Virus record (IMG/VR): IMGVR_UViG_3300009514_000001
Span: 158,006 to 222,005 of that record
DNA length: 64,000 nucleotides
Strand: one strand, 5' to 3'
Shown here one piece after another: positions 28,718-37,651 of this stretch. The notes under the pieces are model-generated. The model worked only from the letters and a program-made list of their open reading frames with translations, was not told where the DNA came from and searched no databases. The position numbers and the translations under genes are program-made. How positions within the stretch are numbered: the first letter of the stretch is position 1; every line of letters begins with the position of its first letter.

Positions 28718-29998
28718 TCAACGGATGGTCTCGAAATTCCTGTTGGCATTGATGAAGAACGGGTCCTCGAAGGCGGATAGGCCGAGCTTGGCCAGAAGGT
28801 GTAAGTTGTTCTTCGCCAGGGCGATGGTATCCGGGTCCAGGGACCGCAGAGCCACCGCAGTGAGCTGGTCAGAAGAGCCCAGGGAGAACCGGCGGAACAC
28901 ACCCACCAGGGGCTCGTGAATCTTCCAGTCCGTCTGCACTCGAAGGTTGACTGTGGCGCCGTAGAAGAAGTCCTCGGCGTTCTGGTCGTAGATTTCCTCG
29001 GTCTCGCCGCCCCAGGAGACCTCTTCGATTTCAATTCCCTCGGTCGAGAGGCGGCCTCGAAGAACGCCCTCATACCAGATGAACATCAGGTCCAACATCT
29101 CCCTCTGGTCGTCGATGTCCCGAGCCCACAGATCGACATCCACATTAATGTCGACCCGGCCACCGTACTCCATCACGCCGAACTCACGGATGTCCGTGAC
29201 GACGACGGCCAGCTGGTCGCCTGGAGTGATACGACGCCCGAAGGCAAGGACGGCCCCGGGAATGGCCTGGAAGTGGGCCAGGTCAGTGGCGATGTCGAAG
29301 GGCCCGGTCTTGACCCCTTCATAACGGTAGTCAGCCGAGAGGGTCAGGCCTTGGGGCAGCGGCTCCGTGAGTGTGATCTCCCCCGTCTCCGAGTCGGCGG
29401 TGAAGTTGACTCCCTCAATGAGCTTCCAGTTCGAGGGCAGCTCGTACAGAGTCAGGGTGTCCGGGATGTACCCGCCCTGCTCCAGGAACCCCACCGTGGG
29501 GCTCACCATCTCCACACCCTCGTTGATGACAGATAGCTTGGGGCTGACAACAAACCGGTGGAACCCTGTCAACACCTGGTCTGCGGTGGGGAATTGGCCC
29601 GCTGGAAGGAACTCTCGGAACCCACCAACGGATTCAACCTCACTCTCGGTTATGTCGATGATGTAGATGCCAGGAGGACTAGGGAAGATGCCGTCATTGA
29701 GTTGGATAGCGAGGGAGTTCTCCCGAACAAACTCGATGGACAGACCAGGCTTGGTCGCGTCCGTCTTGGCCCGGACGACGTAGCTCGTCTTGTGTCCCTG
29801 GAAGTTGTCCCAGGTCAGGCGACGATGCGAGCCACTGCTTGTGCGGATGACAATACCCCTCTGCGGACGCTGCTCGAACGAGTACTTACCCTGGATGTTT
29901 TCCACCAGGTCGTCTCTGAACCGAGGGTGGTAGCTCCACAGGAGCCTCGTCTCCTCGATGAGCCTGTCGTTGAGGGCCCCGCTGCCGTAGAAGAACAT
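28718..29998 (-). CDS. Putative tail completion/terminator protein (426 aa)
   Basis: Upstream of the sheath. C-terminal INVDVDLWARD...VNLRVQTDW pattern. Function inferred. Confidence 0.5.
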   Translation of the reverse strand: MFFYGSGALNDRLIEETRLLWSYHPRFRDDLVENIQGKYSFEQRPQRGIVIRTSSGSHRRLTWDNFQGHKTSYVVRAKTDATKPGLSIEFVRENSLAIQLNDGIFPSPPGIYIIDITESEVESVGGFREFLPAGQFPTADQVLTGFHRFVVSPKLSVINEGVEMVSPTVGFLEQGGYIPDTLTLYELPSNWKLIEGVNFTADSETGEITLTEPLPQGLTLSADYRYEGVKTGPFDIATDLAHFQAIPGAVLAFGRRITPGDQLAVVVTDIREFGVMEYGGRVDINVDVDLWARDIDDQREMLDLMFIWYEGVLRGRLSTEGIEIEEVSWGGETEEIYDQNAEDFFYGATVNLRVQTDWKIHEPLVGVFRRFSLGSSDQLTAVALRSLDPDTIALAKNNLHLLAKLGLSAFEDPFFINANRNFETIR

Positions 29999-30036
29999 GA
30001 GCCAACCTCCATCACCAAGGGTTGGCTATAGCCCAG

Positions 30037-30435
30037 CTAAAGCACCTCCAATACCTCAAGAAGACCTTCGTTCCCCGTCTCTCGTCGGAGATCAACGAGC
30101 AACAGACCGTCAGTGGCCTCGTTCCAAGCACGCAACTGCTGGTGAGCCTTCGCAAGAAGGTCGAGGTCGACCTCTCGGGTGTACTCCAAAAAACAGGTCC
30201 CACGAGCCCACTGGTAGGGAACCCAACCAACGTGGACGTACGGAGGAAAAGGTGCCTCCCTGGAGCCAAGGACCTCCAGATTCAAAGCTTCCTCCCCGTC
30301 GACCGTTCGGTAATCCTCGACGGACAGGAAAAGGTCGGCCGAACTAGCCTGTCGACACTTCGCAATCAGGCCCACGACCGACTTCCGGCCCGACTTCCGG
30401 CCGAGAAGGGACAACACCTTTTGTTTCAGAGACAC
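30037..30435 (-). CDS. Hypothetical protein
   Basis: 132-aa ORF starting immediately after the actin-like gene. Confidence 0.55.
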   Translation of the reverse strand: MSLKQKVLSLLGRKSGRKSVVGLIAKCRQASSADLFLSVEDYRTVDGEEALNLEVLGSREAPFPPYVHVGWVPYQWARGTCFLEYTREVDLDLLAKAHQQLRAWNEATDGLLLVDLRRETGNEGLLEVLEVL

Positions 30436-30437
30436 GC

Positions 30438-32555
30438 TTAGTCGACCTCCTCGTACTCCTCCATGGCCTGGATGAGGAGGCCGCGGGCAACCGCGTTGAG
30501 GGGGTTCTCCGCCTGACGGATTTCGCTGATCTTGATGGGGAACCGGCGGCGGTGCTTCTTGAAGACCTTCTGGAAGAGATCCATGAACCCACCAGCCTTC
30601 GAGGTCCCTCCGCTGACGATGATGGGGATGGGGTTCGTCAGCTCAATCTGACAGTTCGCCACGAACTGCTCCGCCACCTTCTTGAGGGCGTAGGAGATAA
30701 GTTCCTCGTAGTAGAAGGACAGCGCCTCCCGGTCCCGGAACTTGGACTCCTCGCCTTCACTCGGGTCGAGGAGGTTGATCCCGGCCTCCTTGATGCGACA
30801 GATGCGAGAACGCGTCGAGTTACGGCTCTTGGCCGCCCCCGCGTCAATCCAGTCGCCACAGTTGTGGACAACCATACCCGGAGAGGAGAAGGAGTGATGT
30901 TTAGAGGCTACTCGGACATCGTAGACCCTGCCGTCGTAGGGAACTTGGTCAACCCTCTTAACGACGAAACAGGCGAAGTCCGGCTTCTGTGGGTGGAGGT
31001 TGACACCTTCGTGTGCAAGGAGAGTGTCCAGAAGGGTCTTGGATAGGTGACCGACAATACGAACGTCGTAACAAGGCTTACGACCCTCGATTCGCACCCC
31101 CTTTGAGTTGATTCCGCCCTGTCTGGGCGGTCTCTTGAGGACACTATGGCGAATTCCGAACCTGTTGAGTAGGTGATGCACCAACAACACCACATGTAGA
31201 GAGGTGTTGTGGATGGTGTGGCGCTTCTCCTCTTCCGTCGAGTCGCTATCCAGAAGACCCTCCAAAACCCCAAGTGCCATGCTGTCGGGGATATTACGCA
31301 CACTCAGAGGAAACGTCTTCTCCCCCTTCTCGTCGTAAAACCGGGCCTTCAGGTGCCGGGCGACAGGTGTGAGGTGGAGCTTTACCCTCGTAAGGTTCTC
31401 CTTCGGGTCATCAACGACCTCTACCTCACGATGAAACAGGACGGAGCACACCTGGGCATACTTGCGAACCAGGTGTTGGTCCCTGCGGTTGATTGCAAAC
31501 TGGACGAACCGCGAGTCCTCTGTCCGGGGTCCGCAAGAGCCGTCCCCCAGAAACATACCCAGGAATTTGCCTAGGTTCCTGGCAGTGGCAACGGTAATAT
31601 TCCGGCCCCCAAGGCGACCGAAGTAGTAAGGCCCAGAACACTTCTTCTCAGTCTGGATAGTCGGAACCCCGACAACGTCCCCCTCCCGAAGAGAGCCTGC
31701 GGCTACCCATTGCCAGCCGAACCGATCCCTCACGAAAACCCGGTGATCTCGGGTCATCTTGTGAGAGAACGCGGGAAGGTGCTCCAGGAACACCTCCACC
31801 AAAGAGTCCCGAGAACCGTTGTCCATCCTCTCTAGGACTTCGACAAACCTCCCCTGGGCGTCGAGAACGTAATCCCCCTCGCGTACCTCGGCCATCGGCA
31901 CAACGCCGCGACGGGTAATAACAGGAAAATCCCCCGCCAAACATCTGGAAATCGAAAATTCCAGGACCGGTCGGGTCTTGAAGCTCAGAGCGACATTCGT
32001 CATCCCCGATCCGAACGACATCGAGATACCAGTGTAGTCGTCCTTGAGGCCCTCGGAGAAGACGATGGCCATGGCCTCGTTCGAGTCCCAGGCCTCGTAG
32101 CCGCACTCGGTGATGATGCGCTCGAAGGCCTTCTTGTGGTAGATCACGTCCCTATCTGCGTCGATGGGGGCGGCGGGGACGCTGTAGTAGCAAATCTCCC
32201 CTTCCTCCTGAGGCTCGCCCAGGACGCTCCTCACCAGGATGCCGAGGATTTCGAGAGAGTCCACCTCGCTGGCCGACACAAGACCCTGGGCGAGAGGACG
32301 CCGGGCCTCCTCCCTCATGATGCCGGCAAGCTCCATGGCGTCATCGCCGACGACGATGAGGTCCTGGTCGCGCTCGACGAACGTGATCTTGCTCCGGCGG
32401 AGCATCTTCCGGTCGTCCTTGTCCAACGTGATGAACGCGTCGCGGACACGACGGTAGCTCACCTTGTCCGCCGTCTGCCTGGCCGCGACAAGATTCATGG
32501 TTCCGATGTCGAGGCCTATGCCTTTAACCACTTGAACTTGTTTATCTTTTCCCAT
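30438..32555 (-). CDS. Actin-fold (MreB/ParM/FtsA-like) ATPase containing a cis intein; about 344 aa after splicing
   Basis: Phosphate-1 GLDIGT, phosphate-2 SFGSGMTNV, adenosine motif IIVSGGTS, and C-terminal NAVARG. Confidence 0.8.
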   Translation of the reverse strand: MGKDKQVQVVKGIGLDIGTMNLVAARQTADKVSYRRVRDAFITLDKDDRKMLRRSKITFVERDQDLIVVGDDAMELAGIMREEARRPLAQGLVSASEVDSLEILGILVRSVLGEPQEEGEICYYSVPAAPIDADRDVIYHKKAFERIITECGYEAWDSNEAMAIVFSEGLKDDYTGISMSFGSGMTNVALSFKTRPVLEFSISRCLAGDFPVITRRGVVPMAEVREGDYVLDAQGRFVEVLERMDNGSRDSLVEVFLEHLPAFSHKMTRDHRVFVRDRFGWQWVAAGSLREGDVVGVPTIQTEKKCSGPYYFGRLGGRNITVATARNLGKFLGMFLGDGSCGPRTEDSRFVQFAINRRDQHLVRKYAQVCSVLFHREVEVVDDPKENLTRVKLHLTPVARHLKARFYDEKGEKTFPLSVRNIPDSMALGVLEGLLDSDSTEEEKRHTIHNTSLHVVLLVHHLLNRFGIRHSVLKRPPRQGGINSKGVRIEGRKPCYDVRIVGHLSKTLLDTLLAHEGVNLHPQKPDFACFVVKRVDQVPYDGRVYDVRVASKHHSFSSPGMVVHNCGDWIDAGAAKSRNSTRSRICRIKEAGINLLDPSEGEESKFRDREALSFYYEELISYALKKVAEQFVANCQIELTNPIPIIVSGGTSKAGGFMDLFQKVFKKHRRRFPIKISEIRQAENPLNAVARGLLIQAMEEYEEVD
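30861..31943 (-). mobile_element. Intein with LAGLIDADG endonuclease (361 aa)
   Basis: Starts CLAGDFPV; block B MTRDHRVF; endonuclease motifs LGMFLGDG and LEGLLDSD; block F VYDVRV; ends VVHN followed by Cys+1. Confidence 0.92.
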
Positions 32556-33316
32556 GACTCAACTCCTCAACCGAAGTAATAACGAGGTCCCGGCAGAAGT
32601 CTCGGCGGTCTCTCAAGTCACTCTCCCACAGCCTCAAAACGCCGTAACCTCGATTCCTCAGAAAAGAGTCACATGAGGCATCCAGGCGTCGTCGAATGCG
32701 TTGTCTCTCAGACAATTTGTCTGGGCTATACAAAGATGGATTGGCATGCCAAAAGTCGCCGTCCACTGTGTAATACCCGAGAGGGTGTTGCGCCTCGAGC
32801 TTCTGGTTCAATTCCTCCGAAAAAAAAAACTTGGCCATTCTTGCAGGCGAAGCCTCTCTCAACTTCTGCCGGTACTCCCTGGCCTTGTCAGGGCCGTACA
32901 CCTCTTCGTATGTTTTCCCTTTCTTCTCCTGGGTGTGCTTACGGATACCCCGAGTGATCCTACTCACATAGGAGGGGTCTTCATAGAGATGCCGCACCCG
33001 AGGGACAGGGTTTGCTTCCCCTCGTTGGGATTCTCCAAAGCCGGGATTGTCCTGGTGCCTTCGTCGGAGAGGGTTCTGATCCCCTTCGAGCCAGGGCCTC
33101 TCCTTGACGCCGAAATTGGGGTTGAGAATACCTTTTGGCCTTGGCCTTCTCAGAGTGTCCACGCTCAACCCAGGTCTTCGTCCTCAACCCATGCCTACGC
33201 AACTCCCTAGACAGAACCCCGTCACCACATCGTAGTCTTTTCCTTAGCCCCTTCATAGTGATGTCAGGATTCTCGGAGAAAATCTCCTCCAATTCCTCTT
33301 TGGGTATTTGTCTCAC
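32542..33316 (-). pseudogene. Fragmented Vsr/DUF559-like free-standing endonuclease
   Basis: Two overlapping ORFs in different frames. The C-terminus has VDGDFWH...D.FL..RGY.VLRLWE, with a shortened region near an A-run at about 32820. Confidence 0.6.
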
Positions 33317-33328
33317 CGCAACCTCTCT

Positions 33329-34042
33329 CTAGGAATTGCGTCTGAACTTCCGTAGGCCAGCAGCAGCGCTGCTCGCATCCTCGTCCTTGGCCTCCGTTGA
33401 CTGCACCGAGACCTCCTTGTCCTTGTCCACAAGGCCCGAAGGAATGAACATCGGCTCGGACTCCTCCTCTATCGGAATCGACACCCTACCACCCGAGGAG
33501 GATGTCTCCGGAGTCTGTTGTACAGACACGACCTGTACATGACCTCCGCCCATCTGGCGCATCGTAGCAGCCACCGCAGCTCCTACCGTGGCTGCCAGTG
33601 TCTCTGCATCTGGGCGAGACATGAGGGCAGTCTGGATGGTTTGGAGGGTGAGTTCCATGGTCTCGCACAATTGTCGAAGACCTAGGACCTCCTCTTTCAG
33701 GGCCTTCACCTCTCGCTGGACGTCAGCAGACGGAGGTGGCGGAGTTGGAGCCGGCGTGGGTCTCTGCTGGCGTGGGCGAGCAGGCCTCTGGGGTTGTCTC
33801 GGAGGTCTTGACGGCGTCGGTATTGGGTATCTGGACATGGGTGTTCTCTCGATGTAGGTCACCTCGACAGCTCTGAGAAGACGGTACCTCTTGAGGTCAC
33901 GAGACCCCCGGGCCAGCTTCTCAGGTACCTGGGCGACCTCTCCCTTCCGTAGCTCCACACCCAGGTCTGCTAGGTTGAGGTGACCACACAGGCAGAGGAT
34001 ACGGGCGTATCTAGGAACTGGGGAAGGAATCGAGGGCACCAT
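33329..34042 (-). CDS. Hypothetical protein with a Pro-rich linker and coiled coil
   Basis: ORF on the coding strand; start uncertain. Confidence 0.55.
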   Translation of the reverse strand: MVPSIPSPVPRYARILCLCGHLNLADLGVELRKGEVAQVPEKLARGSRDLKRYRLLRAVEVTYIERTPMSRYPIPTPSRPPRQPQRPARPRQQRPTPAPTPPPPSADVQREVKALKEEVLGLRQLCETMELTLQTIQTALMSRPDAETLAATVGAAVAATMRQMGGGHVQVVSVQQTPETSSSGGRVSIPIEEESEPMFIPSGLVDKDKEVSVQSTEAKDEDASSAAAGLRKFRRNS

Positions 34043-34844
34043 CGTCGTCCTCGTCGGGCTCCTGACACTCAGAGCACAGCATGACCACCACGCCGTCCCC
34101 AAAAGGAACCACCACGTGCTGTAGCTCTAACGACTCCTTTCCGCAGCTATCACACAGAGGGTCTCCAGCCTCCCACACCCCACGAGCGGCCTTGTCCTTG
34201 GCCCCCAACTCGCGACTGACATGGACTTCTCGGGTCGTGCCCCCCTCTACGTCATCATAGACCAGATAGGGGTCTCCCCCATCCTCGGGCTCGACGAGAC
34301 GAGCCGTCCTGGTCTTCAGCTTCGGTTGGTTGGTCGAGGTCACCTTGCGGGTGTCGGGGAGTCCGCCGGTGATGTAGATCATCTCCCCGGAGTAGTGCGA
34401 GAACTTGCCCTGCTCCAGCAGGTCATCCACAGCGAGGACAGCGTCCAGGTGGATGTCGTCCTCCTCCTTGCCGAGGACCCCGGCGAGGGCAGGGAGCATC
34501 TCCTCGACGGTCATCGGACCTCGGGAGCCGAAGAAGCTGTAGACGATGCTGTCCCAACGCTCCGTCTCCTTCGCCTCCTCGAAGAGGACGTCGGCCACCT
34601 CGTGGTTGACCTTGAAAGGGTTCTTGGCTTGCTCTGCAAGGACCTCTGGCGACTTCTCCGACGCGACCAGGGCCGGCGAGAGATAGGCCTTGGCCAGATC
34701 CCGGAACCCAGGCTTGCGGCAGTAGGAGACGATAAGCTCGATGAGTTCCTTGTTGTCGTCCCGGAACGCTTGTCCCACGAGTTGCAGAGAGAACTCGGGG
34801 TCGTCCTTGCACTGTTCGACCAGTGTTTCTAGGCTGTCACTCAC
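34011..34844 (-). CDS. Hypothetical acidic protein with a C-terminal CxxC...CxxC
   Basis: GGAGG SD before GTG 34844; strong GC3 bias. Confidence 0.6.
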   Translation of the reverse strand: MSDSLETLVEQCKDDPEFSLQLVGQAFRDDNKELIELIVSYCRKPGFRDLAKAYLSPALVASEKSPEVLAEQAKNPFKVNHEVADVLFEEAKETERWDSIVYSFFGSRGPMTVEEMLPALAGVLGKEEDDIHLDAVLAVDDLLEQGKFSHYSGEMIYITGGLPDTRKVTSTNQPKLKTRTARLVEPEDGGDPYLVYDDVEGGTTREVHVSRELGAKDKAARGVWEAGDPLCDSCGKESLELQHVVVPFGDGVVVMLCSECQEPDEDDDGALDSFPSS

Positions 34845-34976
34845 GTTTCGTCCTCCGCCGGGACACCCCTCTCGTCCACGACATGAATGTATACCTCCGC
34901 CTCCGCGGGTACATCGAACGGGGCGTACCCCAGACAATGCCGAACAGCAGAGGCCCACCCCCTGCCCGACAAGTGT

Positions 34977-36476
34977 TTAATAATTATGGTTTTCCCAAGT
35001 TTGCGACCGCCCTCTATGTTCCCGGCTGTCCCCGATATTGCCCTTCTGAGTACCTGTCGGCATCGCCTGAGGGTCTGGGCTGTCTGGGTACACCTGGGGT
35101 CCGTGCTCGCAAGGCTCCAGAGAGTGCATGGGGCCGTACTCCGCAAGCGGGTAGACCGTGAGGCGCTCCTCTGGATCGATGGTGAGGCGGGTCTCTGGCC
35201 AGGGAAGGCCGTTGAGCCCGTTGAGGGGCACCTGGTAGCGCACATCTGGTTCATCTAGGCGTCGAATCGAGAAGTGCTGCTGGAGGAGCATCCCCCGGGC
35301 AGTCGGCTTGCGTACTGGCCCGATACTGTACCGCTCGTTGGTCTGCTTGACCACAAAATCCCGCTGGGTCATGAGCGGAGTAGGTCCGAACCAGACCTCG
35401 TACTCGTGTTCGACCGCCCGTCCCCTCTCAGTCTGGGAGACTTTGCGCTCGGCGTCGTCGGGTACCAGGATTGCCTCGTAGGGTCCTTCGTAGCCCCCGA
35501 TGAACCCGGTCCCAATACAGATCAGGCAGTTGTTCTTCGGCTGTTGGTTGTAGGCCCGTCGCCTGCGGTCCAAACGGCAGTCGCAGACCTGCCCAGAGGT
35601 CTTGCGAATGAAGAGGTTCACCCTCTCGCCGCCCTGCTCCAGAATCCAGTTGTTGCGGCGCACGGACTCCCGCCAAATCCAATCGAGGGACTCGACCTTG
35701 TAGGGGGTCAGAGGCTGGCAGTAGCGCAGTGGCGTCTCGATGAGGTTACCGGGGGCGTCTGCGTGAACAGCCACGGTGGTGATGCGGTAGAAGATTTTGC
35801 GATCCAGCTCGAAGCTGACCACATTGCGCACCGTGTTGTAGGTGATCTCGACCACGGACTCCGGTCCTATCGGCAGGACAGCCGGGTCGAACTTCTCGGT
35901 GACGTGGTTGTACGTCCCCCGAGGGACCAGCTCTACCTCTCCGGCCTGACCGAACACGAAGTGCACCGCAGCGGGAACTCCGTCGACAGTCACTGTCACG
36001 TCCGTGGGCGAGTTCGCCGGGATACAGGACCGGGCCGAACGCTTGTACGCCCCAAACCGAGTCCGGAACATCCAGCGACGGTTGTTCGGTGCGTCTCCCT
36101 TGAAGATCCAGGCGGTGTCCCAATCCACCAACTCCCTCGTCACCGGGATGATGTCGGTGAAGTCTCGGTAGAAGGTCCCGCCCAGGGGAAGGGGGTTCAG
36201 TCGGTGGTAGGGCCCTCGCTCGCCAACGTCGGAGCGATAGATGTTGACCCCCAGGACTTGCCAGGGGGTGTTCGCTGAGAGCAGAGCGGGACAGTCCCAG
36301 CGCACATCGAGGACTCCACTGACTCCGGCCCCCAGGACCTCTCCGTTGAACGGAGGGACCGGGAAGTCGCGGGCGGGGAAGTTCTCAAGAGACCAGCCTG
36401 TGTTGACCGCTCCGACAGGAACACCACCAGCACCGTACGGCCCTGCGCCGTATTGGTTGTTGCCAAACTGGCTCAT
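34977..36476 (-). CDS. Putative head-closure/neck protein (499 aa)
   Basis: GGERVNLFIRK...CDC...CLICIGTGFIGGY zinc-finger pattern, in a morphogenesis context. Confidence 0.55.
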   Translation of the reverse strand: MSQFGNNQYGAGPYGAGGVPVGAVNTGWSLENFPARDFPVPPFNGEVLGAGVSGVLDVRWDCPALLSANTPWQVLGVNIYRSDVGERGPYHRLNPLPLGGTFYRDFTDIIPVTRELVDWDTAWIFKGDAPNNRRWMFRTRFGAYKRSARSCIPANSPTDVTVTVDGVPAAVHFVFGQAGEVELVPRGTYNHVTEKFDPAVLPIGPESVVEITYNTVRNVVSFELDRKIFYRITTVAVHADAPGNLIETPLRYCQPLTPYKVESLDWIWRESVRRNNWILEQGGERVNLFIRKTSGQVCDCRLDRRRRAYNQQPKNNCLICIGTGFIGGYEGPYEAILVPDDAERKVSQTERGRAVEHEYEVWFGPTPLMTQRDFVVKQTNERYSIGPVRKPTARGMLLQQHFSIRRLDEPDVRYQVPLNGLNGLPWPETRLTIDPEERLTVYPLAEYGPMHSLEPCEHGPQVYPDSPDPQAMPTGTQKGNIGDSREHRGRSQTWENHNY

Positions 36477-36494
36477 GGTGGTGTCCTCATCTCA

Positions 36495-36815
36495 TCACTT
36501 CTGGTCCGAATGGACCACGAAGACCTTGTTGTCGACGATGCGCCAGGGCTGGCTGTCGCCAATGTTGTGACGGCTCTTGATCTCCGCCAAAACCTCTTCC
36601 ATACGCTCCTCGATGGTCTCGTGATGCGTCACGGTCCGGAGGAGGTGAATGAGCTGTTGACCGGCCCGGAAGACCACCTGCTGCTGTTGCTTCTGGAGGT
36701 TCTGAAGCGCTGCGCCTTCCCCCGGTTCGAGATCAGCGATGAACTCACCGGCAAACTGGGGTGCGCCTGGCATCTGGGTCGGCTGCTGGTCTTGGGTGAT
36801 GTGCTCGTCTGCCAT
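36495..36815 (-). CDS. Hypothetical protein
   Basis: 106 aa with a GAGG SD. Confidence 0.6.
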   Translation of the reverse strand: MADEHITQDQQPTQMPGAPQFAGEFIADLEPGEGAALQNLQKQQQQVVFRAGQQLIHLLRTVTHHETIEERMEEVLAEIKSRHNIGDSQPWRIVDNKVFVVHSDQK

Positions 36816-36886
36816 GCTTTCCTCTCAGGTCAAGGGGGGCTGCACTCTACCAGCAGACCTCTACCACACAAACACCAGAAGACGAA

Positions 36887-37105
36887 TCAGTCTTCCTCAG
36901 CCGGAGGCGACCCGTTGACAGACTTCAGACTGTGGTCCGAGTCCGAGTGAGCACGACGGAAGTACTGGGCGGCTGACTCCAAGGTCTTCTTGGGGTCACA
37001 CTCGACCAAGCCCAAGGCCTTGAGACGCTCACTGGCTGCCTCCCTGGCTTGCTCTTTTTCTTTGTCCGTCATCGGACGAACGGACACGGCGGGAGCTGCT
37101 GACAT
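36887..37105 (-). CDS. Hypothetical protein
   Basis: 72 aa with an AAGGAG SD. Confidence 0.5.
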   Translation of the reverse strand: MSAAPAVSVRPMTDKEKEQAREAASERLKALGLVECDPKKTLESAAQYFRRAHSDSDHSLKSVNGSPPAEED

Positions 37106-37114
37106 GTCGTCTCC

Positions 37115-37555
37115 TTACGACCAGAGAACTACGCCCAGGGCTGTGAGCGAAGCGATGATGCTAGCAACCATCACCGCAGTCGTCTTCCAGTTCTGGGAAC
37201 GGCTGGCGATTTCTGCCACCCGGACCGAAGCATCTATTTGGGCTTGCTTTTCCAACTTCGTTTTCACGTCCCGGAATGCCTCTTTCACCTCGGACAGGTC
37301 CGTGCGAAGGGCCTCAACCACCGACTTCATCGAAGGGTTATTGGCATCCCCTCGGACCAGCAGATTGTCCAGGTACCCAACCAGAAGGTGTACCTGGTCG
37401 ACCCGAGCTGCCAGCTCGGCAGCGCCCTGAATCTTCTTCACCTCTCCGGACGCGTACTGATCTAGCCGTCCGCTGATACGTTCCAGTTCCCTTTCAAACC
37501 CGTCGAGGCGGGCCTCTACTCGGGCTAGGGCTGTTGCTGTGCTATCCGCCGGCAT
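37115..37555 (-). CDS. Coiled-coil protein with a C-terminal transmembrane helix (holin/XhlA-like architecture)
   Basis: Heptad-rich body and a hydrophobic C-terminus AVMVASIIASLTALGVVLW. Confidence 0.5.
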   Translation of the reverse strand: MPADSTATALARVEARLDGFERELERISGRLDQYASGEVKKIQGAAELAARVDQVHLLVGYLDNLLVRGDANNPSMKSVVEALRTDLSEVKEAFRDVKTKLEKQAQIDASVRVAEIASRSQNWKTTAVMVASIIASLTALGVVLWS

Positions 37556-37651
37556 GCAATGTGTCCTTGTGTCTAGATCCTGTCCAGCCCGAGCATCCGT
37601 ATGGTATGAAAGAGCCTCGGCTCTCTTCTAACCTCGACCCATCGAACAAAT

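Noticed and set aside
28354-29073. 239-aa minus-strand ORF
   Set aside because: Overlaps two better-supported genes in other frames and has an implausible composition.
1-30000. Chromosomal contractile injection system or tailocin rather than a phage
   Set aside because: Long tape measure, head/neck-like genes, thyA, homing elements and the absence of host housekeeping genes favour a large phage. Capsid and terminase genes are not in this window, so this is not proven.
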